A DNA stretch of 63,561 nt, counting the filler, from Octopus bimaculoides (Eukaryota): NCBI RefSeq assembly GCF_001194135.2. It is 11 parts of 10 records of this genome, joined end to end, with 100 filler letters (N's around TTAATTAATTAA, not from the genome) between each part and the next. Parts side by side here need not be neighbours in the genome. Positions count along the whole stretch, not along the records: positions 52,293 to 63,561 come from NC_068987.1; 10 more parts are not named here. One strand, given 5' to 3'. Positions 62,577-63,561 of this stretch are shown here, piece by piece. The notes under the pieces were generated by a model, which worked only from the letters and a program-made list of their open reading frames with translations, did no database searches and was not told the DNA's origin. Position 1 is the first letter of the stretch; every line of letters starts with the position of its first letter. A program made the position numbers and the translations under genes.

Positions 62577-63394
62577 CTTCTTCATTTTTCCCGAGCATCA
62601 AACTAATACACTTGCTTGTTGTTCATACACCAGTCATCGTCTTTCGTTTTTCTATAAATTTCAACTCTATATTTATATATATTCATATACATATATATAA
62701 ATATGTGCATACACAGACAGATATATATATATATATATATAGCCATCTATGTATCAACTTAATGCAAATACATTGCTGAGAAGCAAATTTACAATAGTAT
62801 TCATCTAGAGATAAGATCTCTTATGGACGAGCAATGTTTAAAAATTCAATATACAATCGAAGAGAGATAAAAGTCGTCACAGCAGCAGCTACCGAGTACT
62901 CCAGATGCATTTCTACGTTCTTGAGCATCGTCAATGGCGTGTGCCCGCACAGCCATATGCTTAGACGAGATTTGTCGCCACTGATGAATAGGAAACCAGT
63001 GAATACATATTCAATGGCGTTGTAATTAACCACTCGCGAAAGAAGGAAATGTTTAACGAACTACAGGACGAGAACAGAAGATACAAATAATTAGGACAAT
63101 GAGATAGGAATTAGTTTAGTCTAGTTTGTGTACACTATAAGAATGAGAGAACATCGCCAACGCGCGTGCCTGCACATTCACACCAACACACACGCACACA
63201 CATATACGTGCGCACACACACGCACGCACATACACACATACATACACACACTCGCGCACACATACACAAACACAACGCGCGCGCACACACATACATGTGC
63301 TCTCTATAAATGGATGGATGGATGGATGGATGGATGGATGGATGGATGGATGGATGGATGGATGGGTAGATGGACGCAGCATGGCCGAATATCT

Positions 63395-63561
63395 TTCATT
63401 TAACTGTTACACGGTTCACTCATTAGACTGCAGCCATGTTGGAGTATCGCCTCCAACAATTTTTAGTCGAATGAATCGACTCCCAGTACTTTTTGTAAAC
63501 CTGGTTCTTATCCCATCGATCTTTTTACCGAACCGCTAAGTTACGGAGATGTAAACACGCC
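63395..63561 (-). mobile_element. SINE family A, 3' part (runs off the window)
   Basis: cattagactgcagccatgttggagtatcgcc..accgaaccgctaagttacggagatgtaaacac. Confidence 0.85.

Overview
AT-rich, gap-ridden animal genomic scaffold segment. The SINE repertoire and dense (CA)/(TA)/(AAT)/(GATA) microsatellites point to a cephalopod, most likely an Octopus draft assembly (inference from family resemblance, not a database hit). No known protein-coding gene, RNA gene or CRISPR array is recognisable, and most long ORFs in the track are microsatellite or N-run read-throughs. Supportable content: (i) at least four tRNA-derived SINE families, about 35 copies, including head-to-tail stacks; (ii) non-LTR retrotransposon fragments (R4/Dong-like and Hero-like RLE elements, a very decayed CR1/L2-like LINE, six Penelope-like fragments, two Penelope-type minimal hammerhead motifs); (iii) DNA transposons (internally deleted mariner and pogo-like elements with intact TIR/TA ends, maT/DD37D and Tigger remnants, a foldback MITE, a possible piggyBac MITE); (iv) ten artificial N44-TTAATTAATTAA-N44 linkers and one contig-overlap duplication; (v) a low-confidence chain of phase-compatible minus-strand exons (52.5 to 32.9 kb) that may be an unrecognised gene. 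I found no convincing novel multi-gene system. The best leads are microsatellite-seeded retroposon stacking, a template-switch inversion, the hammerhead motifs, a CpG-decayed block and the candidate exon chain. SINE boundaries are approximate (about 10-20 bp) unless a TSD is cited.
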